From Isurus oxyrinchus (taxonomy: Eukaryota), in contig JANJGN010000012.1 of NCBI GenBank assembly GCA_026770705.1, positions 128,712,001-128,776,000 of the forward strand: 64,000 nucleotides of DNA, written 5' to 3'. The position numbers and the translations under genes are program-made. The notes beneath the pieces were generated by a model that was not told where the DNA came from, searched no databases, and saw nothing but the letters and a program-made list of their open reading frames with translations. Shown here in pieces: positions 13,039-27,276 of this stretch (position 1 is the first letter of the stretch; each line of letters starts with the position of its first letter).

Positions 13039-14099
13039 TGAGTCCTTGTAGTTCACCAATTTCAAATGGCCTCAATGTTCCTGACCCAGGAAGAAGAAAA
13101 ATGAACACAGCTTTCCTAGTCCTGAGTATTGCCTAGTCATTAATGTTATTTGTATGTGTGGATGCATACATTAGGTGAGGGCATGGTCAGATCCAACTTA
13201 TCCAAATAGTTGAATACACCACCAGTACTTAAAGCCCAGGCTCTCGTGTGGATGGCCATTTAAGCTAGGTGTCGAGACCTGCAGTTATTCAGTAGCCTAC
13301 ACACAGCAGCAATTGCTATCTTCTGAGGTTAAGGGGAAAAAATTGAAAGAAAATTTTAAATTTGTGTTGCAACACCATCAACTTTATAACTAGTTTCTCG
13401 CTTACAAACAAGAGGTTAGACAATCTTTTAAGAAAATTATTTTTTTTTTGGAACTGTACTGTTTTGTAGGATAACAATTAGTTCTAAATTCCCTGAAACA
13501 AATTCTGTGGACACAAATCTTATTCATGTGGAATTTCATGCTTGTTTTTCCATCTTTCCAGTTCATTGTGTATGACAGAGCAGACTGACCCAGCAGTCGC
13601 ACATTGCAGACATAACTTGAGAAAGGTCTATATTTTAAATAGTGTGCAGTTAAATGTCTGCACGTAATCCCAAGTGAAAACTTGTAGAGTGATATCTTAT
13701 AAGGCAAACAAAAGTACGGATTTGCTTTAGAGCACTACAGGTTCCGTGAAGTTTCTTGGTACGGCACAGTTCCTTAGGATTGCGGTGTTGATCAAACTCT
13801 CCATGTAAATACACCAGTAGGCACAGTGAACAAGAAGTTTCTTGAAGCTGCTTCCACTTAATTGCCATCAGCTCATTTACATGCTTAAAGTCAGATTCTG
13901 AGGAAATTCGCATGTCATCAGATATCACTTCCCGTTTCCGAAGTTATTATTTTTCTGACAATGTCATCTCCTCAGCATGCTGAATCATGCTTGGTGCTGG
14001 ATACCCTTTCATGCCTCTCAAGTAGCCTTTGTTTCAGTGAGTATCAGCGGGTTTGAGGGGCATCACAGCCAAGCCTGATTTTGTCCTTGCTCAATAACC

Positions 14100-14420
14100 G
14101 AGCAACAGCTTGTATTTATATATCACCTTTAACATACAGTAAGATGTCCCAAGTGCATAACCAGACAAAATTAGTTTGATAAGTAGATATTAGGGCAGGT
14201 GACCAAATGCTTTACTATAGAGCTGGGTTTTAAAGAACGTCTAAAATATGGAGAGGTAGAGAGGCGGAGAGGTTTCAGGAGGGAATTCCCAATCTTAGGG
14301 CCTAGGCAGCTGAAGTCACAGACAGCAATGAAGGTGCGATTAAAGAGGCTAGAATTAGAGAACTGCAGAGACATAATTGGGGTGGGGTTAGGGTTGTTGG
14401 ATTGGAGGAGATTACTGCCA
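14100..14420 (-). mobile_element. L2-type LINE 3' fragment
   Basis: caacagcttgtatttata ... gagaggtagagaggcggagaggttt...ttagggcctaggcagctgaa; same family as 53325-53700 and 54895-55605. Confidence 0.7.
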
Positions 14421-16554
14421 TGGACTTGATTTTCCAGACAGGTTTCTCATTTGAAACATTGAACTTTATTTACAGGCCGCAGCAGCAGTTACATGCCTCC
14501 AACAAGCTCCACAACTATAAGAACACTCACTCTAAAGTTTCTTGCGCTTAGAGCTGATTTGTTCACACTGTCATGTGAAACTATGCAACACAATAAGTCT
14601 TAAAGCTACAGTCACAATTGCTTAAAGCTACAATTACTACAATTACATAAATAGGAAGGGGCCTGTGCATGGAGAGATTCAAACACACTCACACTTTCCT
14701 GCAGAAGTCATTGTGAAAATTGGGAAGCATGGTTGAATTGTTTTTTCTTTGCCTCAAAAGCAGCAAGGCAAATTGCAGCTATTGTTCCAGCTTATAACCA
14801 CGCAGCCCAACATAGAGATCACTCCCAAACTGGGCGCTGTAGAGAGCCATGTGATAAGGAAACTCAAAACCATCTTTTCAAACAAAATATTTGGAATCTA
14901 TAAATTATTTATAAATACATTACTGTTGCCTCCTGCATGAGGATTTGTCCCTTAGTAATGCATTGTATATATTATAGTGTCATACGTTTTTGACTCTAGT
15001 AAAAGATAGTTGGATCAGTCCGGTTATACACTAGTTGAAAGCAACATGAAAACTTGTGGAGCTTCCTGGGTATCTTGTCCCCTCCACACCAATACATTGT
15101 CTGTCCAGGGGAAAATGCCTGTCTTGCTGTGAGTTGTTTAAATGAAGCTAACAATGTTCCTATCATTGCACTGCCTTGTGTCTCAGAGGGAGGTAACATT
15201 TGGATACAATGAATATCCAGATTGGCCCAGGTCTTAACATAGTCATTGAAGTACCCAGTCTTTAAAACGGGATGCATAACTGGACTCTGTGCTCTTTGAC
15301 CTACAATCTCACATTTACACTGAAAGCTGCTCGAGCACAAACTTCACATTAAAAGTAATCTCTTGTCTCTCCGTTTACATTGCCGAGGGTTTCACCTATC
15401 TTTCTGTTCAAAGCCACTAGTTTGGAAATCATGCTCCTAATAGGCAAAGAAACTTAGTAAAGTAAAATTGAAATGGTGTTCAGAGGTTAACTGGGCTCTT
15501 CCTTTGAAATGGCTCTTTTACAGCTGTGGCAGAACAAGAAGTCTCTTTAGACAAAAGTAGCTGACAACCTATCCCTCTATCTTATGTTATCGTCTCTAAC
15601 TAAATATCTGTAAGCTAGTTCAATTCAACAGGGATGTTCACCTAAATGTCCCCATACAGGAGAGGCCACAACCTGCAGGGTTTGTGACTCTCAGATACAG
15701 AGGAGTTTCTTTTTTGTAAGTCTGGATTGATTGCTTTTGTCTACCATATCTTATTTCTATCTCTGTTGCTTTTCTTTCTTCAGAAGTGCTAAGTTGGATA
15801 GCAGACAGAATTTTTGTGGTTCAGTCTTTCTCTTTCTCATGTGAGTTATTCCATCTGTGTAAACTGCAAGCTGCCTGCCTTTGCACCCATGCTAAGGTAT
15901 ACTTTGGCAAAATAGTCAACCCTTTCATTGCCAAAGCCGTGCCCGTAGGCGACTTGATACGCCTGGTGTTTTTTTCAGTGGCAGACTTTGGAACAGGTCC
16001 AAACAACTGGGTGATCCAGTTTAAGGCTTCTATTGCACGCAGATCCAGACAGCAGTTCAAATTTCAAGCACATATCTCTTGTCCTGCCCTCTTCACCTAG
16101 CTATGAGTGGCTCTTCAGATTCCTGACAAAATGTCTCCAAAATTAAATCTATTTTTTTTAATCAGTCTTGGTGCCAGCCCCTGTCGTGCCTTATGGCAGA
16201 AACAGCTTTATGTCTCCCTGGCACTATAGGGTAAGGGGCAAATGGGGGTAAGAGGTGGTAAAATTGACACTTCGTTAGCCTCCTGCCTCTACAATGTACC
16301 TTCTATTGGCTTAACTTAGAACTGTGATTTGGAAAATCTGGAAGAGTCCATGACCGATTCAACAACCAATGAAAACTTACATGAATCAGGGTCAGCAAAT
16401 GCAGGTAATTCCTAGTTCTCATTATTTATTTTTTTTCTCCAATTAATATGAACAGTTCCCTGCATACAAAGAGATAGGAAACTGGAAAAAATTCACCACC
16501 TATTTCCTTCGTCCTATAAGGAGCAAGCTTGGATGCAATTCAGCACGATTAAAT

Positions 16555-17122
16555 ACAAACATGTGTATTAGGAGCAGGAGTAGGCCATTCAGCCGCTTGA
16601 GTCTGCATTACTTTTTGATAAGATCATAGCTGCTCTGAATGTGGCCTCTAATTGTCTACCCCCATAGCCTTGGACCCCTGTGTTAGTCAAGACTCTATCT
16701 AATTCAGCCTTAAAAATATTCAATGACCCAGCCTCCACTGCTCTCTGGGGAAGTGAATTCCACAGACCAACAATCTTCTGAGAGGAAAAAAAATCCTCAT
16801 CTCCATCTTGAATGGGTGACCCCTTACTTTTAAACTGTGTTCCCTAGTTCTAGTCTCTTCCATAAGGAGAAACACCCTTTCAGCATCCACCCTGTCAAAC
16901 CCTCTCAGGATCTTATAATGTTTCAATAAGAGCACCTCTCATTCTTTTAAACTCCAAAGTATACAGGCCCAACCTGTACAACCATTCCTCATAAGACAAT
17001 CCCTTCACCCCAGGAATCAGTCGAGTGAATGATCTTTGTATTGCTTCCGATGCAATTATATCCTTTCTTAATAGGAAGATCAAAACTGTACACAGAACTC
17101 CAGACGTGATCTCACCAACACT
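16555..17122 (-). mobile_element. HER1-type CR1 LINE 3' fragment
   Basis: ORF remnants RLIPGVKGLSYEE.LYRLGLYTLEFKRMRG and YKILRGFDRVDAERVF. Confidence 0.9.
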
Positions 17123-17236
17123 CAAGAGGCAAAATGATTGGCAAGTAATAAACTTTACCCATGTAATAATGGTCCTTTTACATGAAGGATGCTTTCATTT
17201 GTAATGAGGTGGAACCCTATCTGGAATATCCTAATG

Positions 17237-17818
17237 TTCCAGTGAAGCTCAATGCAAACTGGAGGAACAGCACCCCATCTTCCGACTAGGCACTTTACAG
17301 CCTTCCGGACTGAATATTGAGTTCAACAACTTTAGATCATGAACTCTCTCCTCCTTCCCCACCCCCTTTCCGATCCTCCTTTTTCCAAGAATTTGTATAG
17401 ATTTTTCTTTTCCCACATATTTCCATTATTTTTAAATGTATTTCCATCCATTGTTTTAACTCTACCTTTTAGCTTATTTCGATTCCCCCCCACCTCACCC
17501 GCTCTAGGGCTATTTGTACCTCGCTCGTCTTGCTTTCCATCCTAAATGTCCCATTAGCATATTTCTTAGCTAATATCACCACCATCAACACCTCTTTGTC
17601 CTTTTGTCTGTGACATCTTTTGGCAATCTCCACCTATCACTGGCCCTCTGTCCAGCTCTACCTGTCCCATCCCCCCCTTAAACCAGCTTATATTTCACCT
17701 CTTTTCTATTTTTCCTTAGTTCTGATTAAGAGTCATTCGGACTCGAAACATTAATTATATTCCTCTCCGCGGATGCTGTCAGACCTGCTGAGTTTTTCCA
17801 GGTATTTTTGTTTTTGTT
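17237..17818 (+). mobile_element. Penelope-like element 3' end (GIY-YIG C-terminus plus pLTR)
   Basis: Translates KLEEQHPIFRLGTLQPSGLNIEFNNFRS*; flanked by 15/16 direct repeat ctggaata(t/a)cctaatg (17221-17236, 17819-17834); decayed hammerhead motif at about 17718-17756. Confidence 0.85.
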
Positions 17819-20479
17819 CTGGAATAACCTAATGCCTCAGGTAAGAAATGTAAAACAGGACACTGATTGGCTATCACCAATTATTATCTTCTATGAGTCT
17901 GCTTAGCATTCTCCCAGTATTATGGCTGGGACTGGAAACTCAATGGTGCAGAACACTGAACTTCTCTGCCGATGTCTCCCTGGCACAGCTTGTTGTCCCA
18001 GTATGATGCGCCTCCTTTTCCTTTTTTGATTTTTTTTTGCTTTAAATCAGAAGGTGAGGGCTTTATTAGGGATGCTCACTCCCAGGGTTACCAAGTCCAA
18101 CATTCTATTTGGGCTGAACTACAATCAACAGAAATACAGTGATTATCTTAAAGATGCTTCATCTTCAGCTGAGTGCGTTCATTCAATTCCCGACATTCTC
18201 GATGACTCTTCAAATCTAGCATGCCATGATCATTTTACTCATAGCCAATGATTCAATAACAAAAAGGATGCTGCCCTGAGTAATGATTGTCGCTTCAAAA
18301 ATTCACCAAAATCTTAAGTTAGTTATACCAATAAATAAAAACAACCAATCAGAAGCTTGTAGCCATGATTGGCAGGAATCGATACCATTGAGCAGTAACT
18401 GCAAATATTTCTTAAAGATTTTAACGTTCGGAACTCGGATTGTTGGTCCAGTTGTTTAAACATTGAGTAATAATGTCCTGATCATAATATTTGGAAGATT
18501 TAGCAAGTTGGGGGGATGCATGGGGAGCGGTTCGTTTCATAAGAACACAACTGGAGATGAAGCAGCAGTGGCTGAACAAGTTGTTTATTTTGATATTAGT
18601 CTAACTTCTTCCTTGATTATAAGCTCTTTATGAGTTAGAATATTTACTAATGGACGGAAATACGTATGATATTATTCACTGCTGGAAGTGATATTAAAAT
18701 GGGATCTCTTAAGTTGACAAGAATGGCTGCACTTCCCCCAGTGTGAATTTTTTATTCTAGACAATCATCAAGCTATTTTCCTGGGAACCAACACATCACC
18801 GCCAATTGCAAAGGGAAGGGAAAGCACACACCAGCTTAAAAACAGTTAACCAATTCCAAATGATATAAGATGCTCAGGAAAGGCACAATTGCAAAAACAA
18901 AATGGGGTATGCTATTCAAGCAGCTGAGGGACACTGTTGTGGTGCTATTCTACTGAAGGAAAGTCTAACTTGGCCTGAGGAACAGATTAAAATCTTCCAA
19001 GCTGTGCCTGGAGTCAAAACGTCTACCCCAGAGTCCCAGGTGTCTGGTAAGTTGATATTACAGTCTCTTCTTTCATTCAATTTTCCAGTACAATAAAAGT
19101 AGTTGGAAAAAACACTCCACATAAATATAATATATGCAGATTGCCAAAACTGATCTTTAAAGCCTCAACTAAATGTGCTTAATAATCGTGTACACAAAGG
19201 TCCATATTTGCAATGTGCTTACTTCTGCACATTTCTTTCAACATGGCATCTGTGACTGTCTGCCTCCAGTTGTACAGTGCATAGGTAATGTGCACATTGT
19301 TGATTCCATCTCCCAAGCCAAGTCACCTTTCCACTCGGTTCCATCAATTTCAGAGGCCAGTACTATTCTGGAATTAAAGTCAACTTGGCAGGAGTCATTG
19401 GCTGAGCCAGAGATCTCTACTAAGTGTAATTTCCCTAAGGGAAGAAGGTGGAGAGTGTTAAGCACGAGGGCGGATTCAAGGTCAGAAGTGATGATCCACT
19501 AACAGCCTATCTTAAGTGTTTCTTGCCATGCGCATCAGAGAAACACTAAGTACTCAGCACACCATTCCTGGCTTTTCTTTGTTCTTTCATGCAATGTGGG
19601 AGTATTGCCCATCCTTAATTGCCCTTGGGAAAGGGGTTTGGGCCACCTTCTTGAAGCACTGTAATCGATGTAGTGTAGGTACACCCGCAGGTTTTCAATG
19701 GTTGCTATGGGTTATGAGGGTAGAGGGAGGGGCAATTTTTAAAATTCAGCTAGTACTACTGGCCATAAAATGGTACTGCAGGGACTGCATCCATTTGTCC
19801 CTCCAATATCTGAGGGGATGACCCAAAGGCATCAGAACACCATTACATCCTGCCAAAGTTGTTTAGATTATTAAATGACACTGGCTCTGGGAAATTAAGC
19901 AAGATCAGGAGTGTGGGCATGAGATGGAATGAAGTCCAGCTACATCAACATTACAACCGACTAGAAGTTCTGCCCCTGTCCCATTATCTGGCAAGAATGC
20001 TGTCCTTTTAATGTTGGTAGCAGGGTTTAAGTTCAACACTTGCTAGCAGATTGAAAATCTTGCCTTTCAAAGAGCTCTTAGGTCCTAACTGAAGTGAACT
20101 TAAGTAGTCAAATCCTACTTGCTAATGATCTTGACTACACGTTATATTGGCACTAAAGAGTATCAAATAACATCTTACCCGAGAGTTAAAGGATGCCTTT
20201 TGTAAGAAGAAAGACGTGTCTTTCACATCCTCAGGATGTTTGAAAGTATGTTGTAATGAAGGGTATAAGAGCAGCTATTTGCACATACTAGGGACCCACA
20301 AATACTAATCAGATAAATGACCAGATCATCTGTCTTAGTGATAGCCAGGTAAATATCAGCCCAAAACTTCAGAAGAACTCCCTTGGTCTACTTTGGATAG
20401 TGCCATGTGATCATTTATGCTCATTCGAGAGGACAGACAGAGAAAGAAAGAAATAGGTGCAGCTATCGATCGGAACCTC

Positions 20480-21180
20480 AGGGCATTCCAAAGCAGTTTA
20501 CAGCTAATGATGCACTTTTGAAGTAAGTTTAATGTAATATAGAAAACAGGGCAGCCAATTTGTGCATATAGCAAAATCTCACCAACCACAATGAGATAAT
20601 GATCAGATTGTCCTTTTAATAGATGTTTGTTAAGGGATAAATAATGTCCAGGACATGGGGGGAGAACTCCCCTCCTCTTCTTTGTATAGCACCATGGAAT
20701 CTTCTATGTACACCTCTTGAGGACAGATGGGACTTTTCTTAACATCTTATCCAAAAGATTACCCGCTCTGTGTAAGGATTGTCTGACATGTTGCTACTCA
20801 CCCAGCAAATCAGCCAAAAAACTGCTATAACAATTTGTTTTTTATCAATGGAATCTACACTTTTTTTTAAATTCACTCATGGGATGTGGATGTCACTGGT
20901 TAGGCCAACATTTATTGCCCATCCCTAATTGAGAAGGTGGTGGTGAGCTGTCTTTGTGAACCGCTGCAGTCCATGTGATGGGAGTACATTCACAGTGTTG
21001 TTAAGGAGGGAGTTCCAGGACTTTAACCCAAAATAAGTATGCTATCCAAGTTAGCACCTCCAACAGTGCAGCATTCCTTCAGAGCTACGCCGAAATATCA
21101 GCTTATATTTTGTGCTCAAATTCTGGTCTTGAATCCACAACCTCTGATTCAAAGGCATGAGTGCTACCCACTAAGCCAAA
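20480..21180 (-). mobile_element. SacSINE1-like SINE interrupted by a family-B LINE tail (about 20865-21030)
   Basis: SINE tail 20480-20760 and head 21050-21180 flank ttcactcatgggatgtgg...ggagttccagga. Confidence 0.65.
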
Positions 21181-22479
21181 GGTGATAGGCAATGATAGAA
21201 AATAGAAATGCCATAGATGGCCCTCCACCACTTCCACTTAAGGAAATTGTTGGGATGGGGTAGAAGATGCTACTTTTCATCTAAACTATGCTGTGCCTGA
21301 TGGGTTTATGGATAGAACATATTGAAAGGGTGAAACATTGTCCATTCCTGGCTAAAATAATGTCACCAACTGAATTATAGAAAAGAAAATAAATGGTAGA
21401 AAATTATGATCTTAGAATCTTATGTGAGATAAAATTAATTATGCAGTATTGCCTTGAATGATTCAATAGAAACACCCAGAGTTGTGAGACATTTGTAACT
21501 CCATTTGCTCATGGGTATGGAACACTTCGAAGTTAAAGAAACAGATACGTATTTTTCAATCAACAGAGAGAGAAAATTACGAGGACATTTGTTACAATCT
21601 GAAAATCTAATTAAGATGTAGTGTGTATTTGAAATACTTCGACAGCACCTAGCCTATGTCAGCACATGCAGAGATAGTACAATTTGAGAAGGCAGACACA
21701 GATGGATATTTGGCGTAATTGCTCCTAAATGCTGTTGTTTGATAAAGTCAGGTTGCTGAAAGTTGTCACAGTTAATGGCACTGTTGAAACAACATGAGTA
21801 ACAGCAGTGTTGCTACAATCCAACTCAATGGTCCAAAAGGTTAATTGACAGGGATAAACTCATCTGTACCCAAACATCAACTCCACAATGTGTTCATAAG
21901 CTAACCCTCATCACTCACATGCCTTCCGTGTGTCTCAAAAAGATATGCATGCAATGTGTTACTGTGGTTTGTGGCCCTGACCTAATAATGCAATCAGTCT
22001 ATGTCATCTCCCATCTGATCCTTACTGGCTCTCTATTTCTCTACAAGATCATGATTAACATGCCTTGATGAATGGCCTGTACACACATTGTAAGCTTTTG
22101 ACTGCTCAGGGCAAGTTCCCAATGAAATATATCTGAATCTGCTATTGTTTCAAAGCTAAATCTGTCTAATGCAACATTTATTTTGTGTTTTATTTATTTA
22201 TTTCTTACTTCAACATGGCAATTAGGTCAGAGTTACAGCCTTTTTTGAGGTAGAGAGTTTATCTATTGTGATTTTTATAAGAGCCTTACCCAAAGACATA
22301 TGTTGAGAAAAAGATCTAACCTTATAAAATGATCTTGTATTCACTTTTGGTTTCTAGCATTGTAAATCAGACACTGGAACATTTTCACAGCTTTACAAAA
22401 GAAATATTCTTCTTTCCCCTCTGCCCCTTCCTTAGAAGATATGAATATTAGATTTTGAGCAATCAATCACTACTTGAAT

Positions 22480-23025
22480 TCACAACTTTCCTCCATCAAT
22501 TGATGGGAGGTCCAGGGTGGAGGGAGCAGGTAATGGCCACCCTCCCACAAGACACAAGTGGCCCATTATGCCAACTAAAGGGCCTATTATGGTCACTCTG
22601 CAGATATTGGGGAAGTGGGGGGTGGGTCGTTCTCCATCCAGCCACCGAACCCTCCCATCCTCTAAATATTGCACCTGGCATAGCCATCGGGCCATGGCTG
22701 CAGCAGCTGGCCACCCAGGGTTGCCCCTACATGGTCATAGTCTGGCAGCTGTGGCCTTTTTAACGTTCGATGTTTTTAAAATCTCTTTGGAGAGGGCATC
22801 TCCATCTTGAGTTACCTTCTCTCTCTCTCCGTCCGACATCGGCAGAGCCCACTTCTGACAGTGGGGCTAGCGATCTGTCAGTGCTGGAGGGCCTCCTATT
22901 GGTGACAGACAATGATAGAAATGAAGATGGCCTGGAAGCAGACCTATGGCAGGAGACCAGCATGCTAGCCAGTGACAGGCAATAGTGGGCCTGTCAGCCT
23001 TCATAGCCAATTGAAAATTTAGCCC
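22480..23025. mobile_element. Decayed GC-rich MITE-like element
   Basis: Ends gaaaattttagccc, like the TIR of 31031-31712; left TIR not seen. Confidence 0.4.
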
Positions 23026-23489
23026 AAAGTCCGCTTTCTCTTGTGTTGTGATGTGGAATAAAAGGGAAGACTTGCCTTTATACAGTGTCTTTCATAACCT
23101 AAGGATGTCCCAAAGTACATTATAGCAAATGAAGTATTTTTGAGGTGTAGTCACTGTGCTAATGTAGGAAATGTGGCAGCCAATTTGTGCAGAACAAGAT
23201 CCAACAAACAGCAATGCTGTGTTGGTTGAGAGATGAAAATTGGGTAAAAATTATAGCACGGAAATATTTCTTTCACCAATGTAGCTGGTGGAAGGTGTTA
23301 AGTCTTTATTCAGTTTCAGAACAAATATCGCTATTGAGCACAGACAAGTGATGTGTGGCTTTCCACACCATTGTAATCAATATTTCCTGAAGCATTTACT
23401 AGAAGTCCCAATTCTGTCATTTTTTGGGGTAACTTGACCAACCGATATAAAAAATATTTATTTCCTAGAAACAATGAGCAGGGATATGG

Positions 23490-23710
23490 GCTTTTTTTAA
23501 TGCAACGTGATATGCCTGAGCTGCCAAGGGTGGGGGAAGTAGATTCAGTAATAACTTCAAAAAGGGAATTGGTTAAATACTCGAATAATAAGATTTTGCA
23601 AGGCTTTGGAGAAAGGGCAGAACAACGGGACTAAATGGACAGCTCTCTCAAAGAGCCGGAACAAGCACAATGGGTCGAACAGCCTCCTTCTGTACTGCAT
23701 GATTCTTCGA
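23490..23710 (+). mobile_element. CR1 3' tail
   Basis: ttcaaaagggaattgg...gagccggaacaagcacaatgggtcgaacagcctccttctgtactg. Confidence 0.7.
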
Positions 23711-24624
23711 TAATTAATTTCAACACATACATTTTCAATCCTTCAGAAATACATATCTTCCTGAGACACCAAAAGTCTTTTTTTCAACTCATATAAAGTA
23801 TGCTAAAAATGTTGCTCTTACCAATCCAACCATAGTACAGCAAAAGGCCTGTTATCCATCACAACCCATTCACAGTATGAGGATATACATATACAGCCCT
23901 TATCATTCTACCTGCACAGTGTAACAAAGTATGCTGATGGTATTGGGTTTTCCAGTTACACAGGGCAGGTCCCGATGTTATTGAACAACAGACAAGACAA
24001 TATCAATTTTGTGGCACTGCATAAATACAGAACTTCACTGATGTTGAGCTACTTAATAAACCACGATCACAGCTGTGATTGATTTAAATGTCCACTAAGC
24101 AACATTGCTTAAGTTAATTCTTTCCCAGCCCTACCTGAAGTAATGTAATAGCAACTAAACTGTCATTTTCCAAGATTTCTGCACCTACCCTTTTTTAAAG
24201 TTATGTCAAAAAAGACAGGAAGATCCTCTGACAAGCATTTATTGGAATGGATGGCATGTTCAATTCGCAAATTGTTCTTCCACATCTGGCACTTGGACTG
24301 GCAGTCAACCCAAACTGATGAGCTGAAAATCTCACTCTGATGTAAAGAGGTTATGCAGTCTCAATCCTCAGACAGATCTATCACTCCATCACCAAGCTGC
24401 TTTCTCAAAGATGGATGGTGTGGGAAATGACGAAAGTACTTGTATGATTGGGGTTAAGGACCATTGTTGGTCAGGCATATAGATCCATCTAACTGCCATC
24501 TAAATCCCTGTATCTAGGTATGAAAGGACTTCAAGGTTGTCAAGATTAATAGACAGGTGATTAAAGGGCCCATTGTCCTGGTTTATCGTGTGTTGAATGT
24601 CACTTGTGTTAATAATAATAATAC

Positions 24625-24860
24625 CGCAGAGGGCTGTAGAGGCTGGGTCGTTAAGTATATTCAAGGCTGAGATAGACAGATTTTCAATCAGTAAGGGAAC
24701 CAAGGCTGAGATAGACAGATTTTCAATCAGTAAGGGAATCAAGGGTTATGGGGAAAAGGCAGGAAAGTGGAGTTGAGGATTATCAGATCAGCCATGATCT
24801 CATTGAATGGCGGAGCAGACTCGATGGGCTGAATGGCCTACTTCTGCTCCTATGTCTTAT
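24625..24860 (+). mobile_element. CR1 3' tail with internal 39-bp tandem duplication
   Basis: caaggctgagatagacagattttcaatcagtaagggaa(c/t) twice at 24662-24739; tail gactcgatgggctgaatggcctacttctgctcct. Confidence 0.85.
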
Positions 24861-27086
24861 ATCAGATTTTAATGCTAATGTTTAATGTTAAAATGGTACA
24901 GGAGAATTTTTGGTTTATTATCTTCAGGGGCTGAGCACAAAACATCAGCTCACCAGGAACAGATAATTCACTACTTAAAGAACATGCATTCCAAAAAATT
25001 TACATCAGGATAGAACAGAAGACCCCAACCATCTTTGACTAACATAGGAGCATTACTGAGCAATAACCTTTGTGAAAAGCCCCAAACCCTACATCCCCTC
25101 CTCCTATTTAAACAGAACTGCTGTTTTTGGTAGTTATTATACCACAGACAGATGCATTTCTCTCACTTTCCATACTTTGTGCTTGCAAAATTAAAGCACC
25201 CAGCTTGGGGCTGCAAAACAATCTTAGTATTTAAAAGTTATGTCAAGCAGATAGTTGTTTAGTCTGAATTGTAGCATATAGCGCCAAATGTATCAGGTCT
25301 CCTTAGTAATTTGTTGATATGTATTGACAATAATTCAGAGCGAATTTTCTCCATAACACATATTAATGGAGAAGAAGTTACATCTTAATTGCCATTAGTG
25401 AGGAAGCCATCAACAAGGAATACTGTATTATATTGCAATGTTATAGGGAGGGAAAGCAATTTAGGGATTGCGTTATATAGAATGGGTTCACTATTCATAA
25501 AGGTTATATTATATAAAGTAGGTTCAATTAGAAAGACAAATGTGGTGGAGAGTATGTACACTGGAAGCCATAATTACTGTCTAAACTTCAAGGGAAATCC
25601 ACTTAAATACTGTCCTATACAGTAGTCGCATTTTGCTTACCAGTGCAAAGAAGCTATTACACACTAGCTCTGTGGTGCAGTATAATGTGATTATTATAGA
25701 TTTGAATAAGAAACCATTAATTCCTACTGGGAAGAACTGTTACCCTTTGTACTGCATTAATGCATTAAAGTGGAGGGTCAATGCTTCCTGTGAAAATAAA
25801 CATTAATCTCAATCTATAATCAACTTTCATATTAAACACTGATTGCAGCCACAGATAACAGTGATAATATTATGTTAATATGGTTCTAATTCATAGCTTT
25901 CAGTTCCTGAACAAATATTTTTCTTAGGCAATCAATACTAATTTTAGTTAAGTGACTGAAAGTCACATTGTAATGGTAATATTTCGTCCACGCTTCCATG
26001 TGGAAACTGTCTCCCATGGAAACAAAGATTTCCGGATGTTTGCTTTGATAAACTGCGATATCAATTATAGAATGATACAGAAGGAGGCCATTCGGTCCAT
26101 CACACTTGTGCCAGCTGTTTGAATAACCTATCTAATTAGATCTACTCTCCTGCATTTTCTCCATAACCCTGCAATTTTTTTCTTTTTCAAGTATTTATCC
26201 AATTTCCCATGGAAAGTTTCTATTGAATCTGCTTCCAGCAGGCAGCGCATTCCACAAGTCATAGAGTGTAGTGCTACAGAAAGACTTGCAGTTCTCATGT
26301 CCATTTAGTTCTATAATGATGAAATTCGCGTAAGCACAATATGCAGTGTCGACGTCAGCCAAATAGTTTACACAAAACCATTTAAGGGGCAGAGGTGCAA
26401 TGGACTAATGCTTGATTAAATAACTTAATGAAGCACAGCTGTTTTCTGTTCAATAATCTTTTTACTTGTATGGTAAATGTGCGGTGTTTGCCAAAATTTA
26501 CGGTTGGCTCCTACATGTCAGGGAATCTTCCTTTTCTTCCTCCTGGCTCAAAGGGAAAGGGGTAAATCATTATATGTTTCTGAAAGTCAAACATTCAGCC
26601 AGGACATATGTCATTATGGTAGTTCAGGGCAGAAGAAGCAATAAATCTCATCCAGAGTTGTCTAACTGGCTTCCCCGTACAAGTGATTACGTGCATTTGT
26701 GTTGCTACATAGACCTTCTTGCCAAAAAATGTGGGTACTCCTAAATGTTGGCTGTTTCACTGGATGTTCGCACACCACTTTCTAATTCTTTATCCTATCT
26801 TCCCACCAATGTCTGAAGAAGCTTAAATTAGACGTGCTGCAGTTGAATAATTGCTTTCAAATAATTTTTTAATTGCTTTTAAGTTTGAGTGCATTGGCAA
26901 CTGCGAAAATGGAATGAAGGTTCTTAGTATTATCAAATGTTATAGGTTGGTATTATTATATGCCTTTGGTTAATAATATCTCTTTGATCGGTATTTCTTT
27001 GATTGGTGTTACGCCCTCATTACCTGGTATAATCACATCCTTTTTCATTGGTATCATATCCTCAAGACTTGGGTACTTGCAACATC

Positions 27087-27092
27087 TTTATT
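27087..27092 (-). promoter_or_regulatory. Candidate poly(A) signal of the minus-strand gene
   Basis: AATAAA on minus strand about 100-160 nt downstream of the candidate stop codons of the terminal exon. Confidence 0.35.
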
Positions 27093-27250
27093 GTAAAAGC
27101 CAGACTCTACAGCTGGATGTGACTCCACTTGGAGGGATCAGAGTCAATGAATGCAATCTAACTTGCCCATCGAAGCTTATGCATCGACTGGTTAAAGAAT
27201 AATAGCATTGACGCTGGAGTAGTGGAAATACCCAGAGCAACGCTTGTTGT

Positions 27251-27276
27251 TCACGTTGTTGAGCTGAAGTTCATAG
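27251..27276 (-). CDS. Putative terminal coding exon of an unidentified gene
   Basis: Strong acceptor cttctttatgtttttgcag|CTATGAAC. In phase 1 it reads (A)MNFSSTT*; in phase 2 it reads YELQLNNVNNKRCSGYFHYSSVNAIIL* (stop at 27194-27192); in phase 0 it reads L*. Confidence 0.55.

Noticed and set aside
15786-16100. Overlapping ORFs in unique sequence
   Set aside because: No recognisable protein in any frame tried and no coherent exon boundaries.
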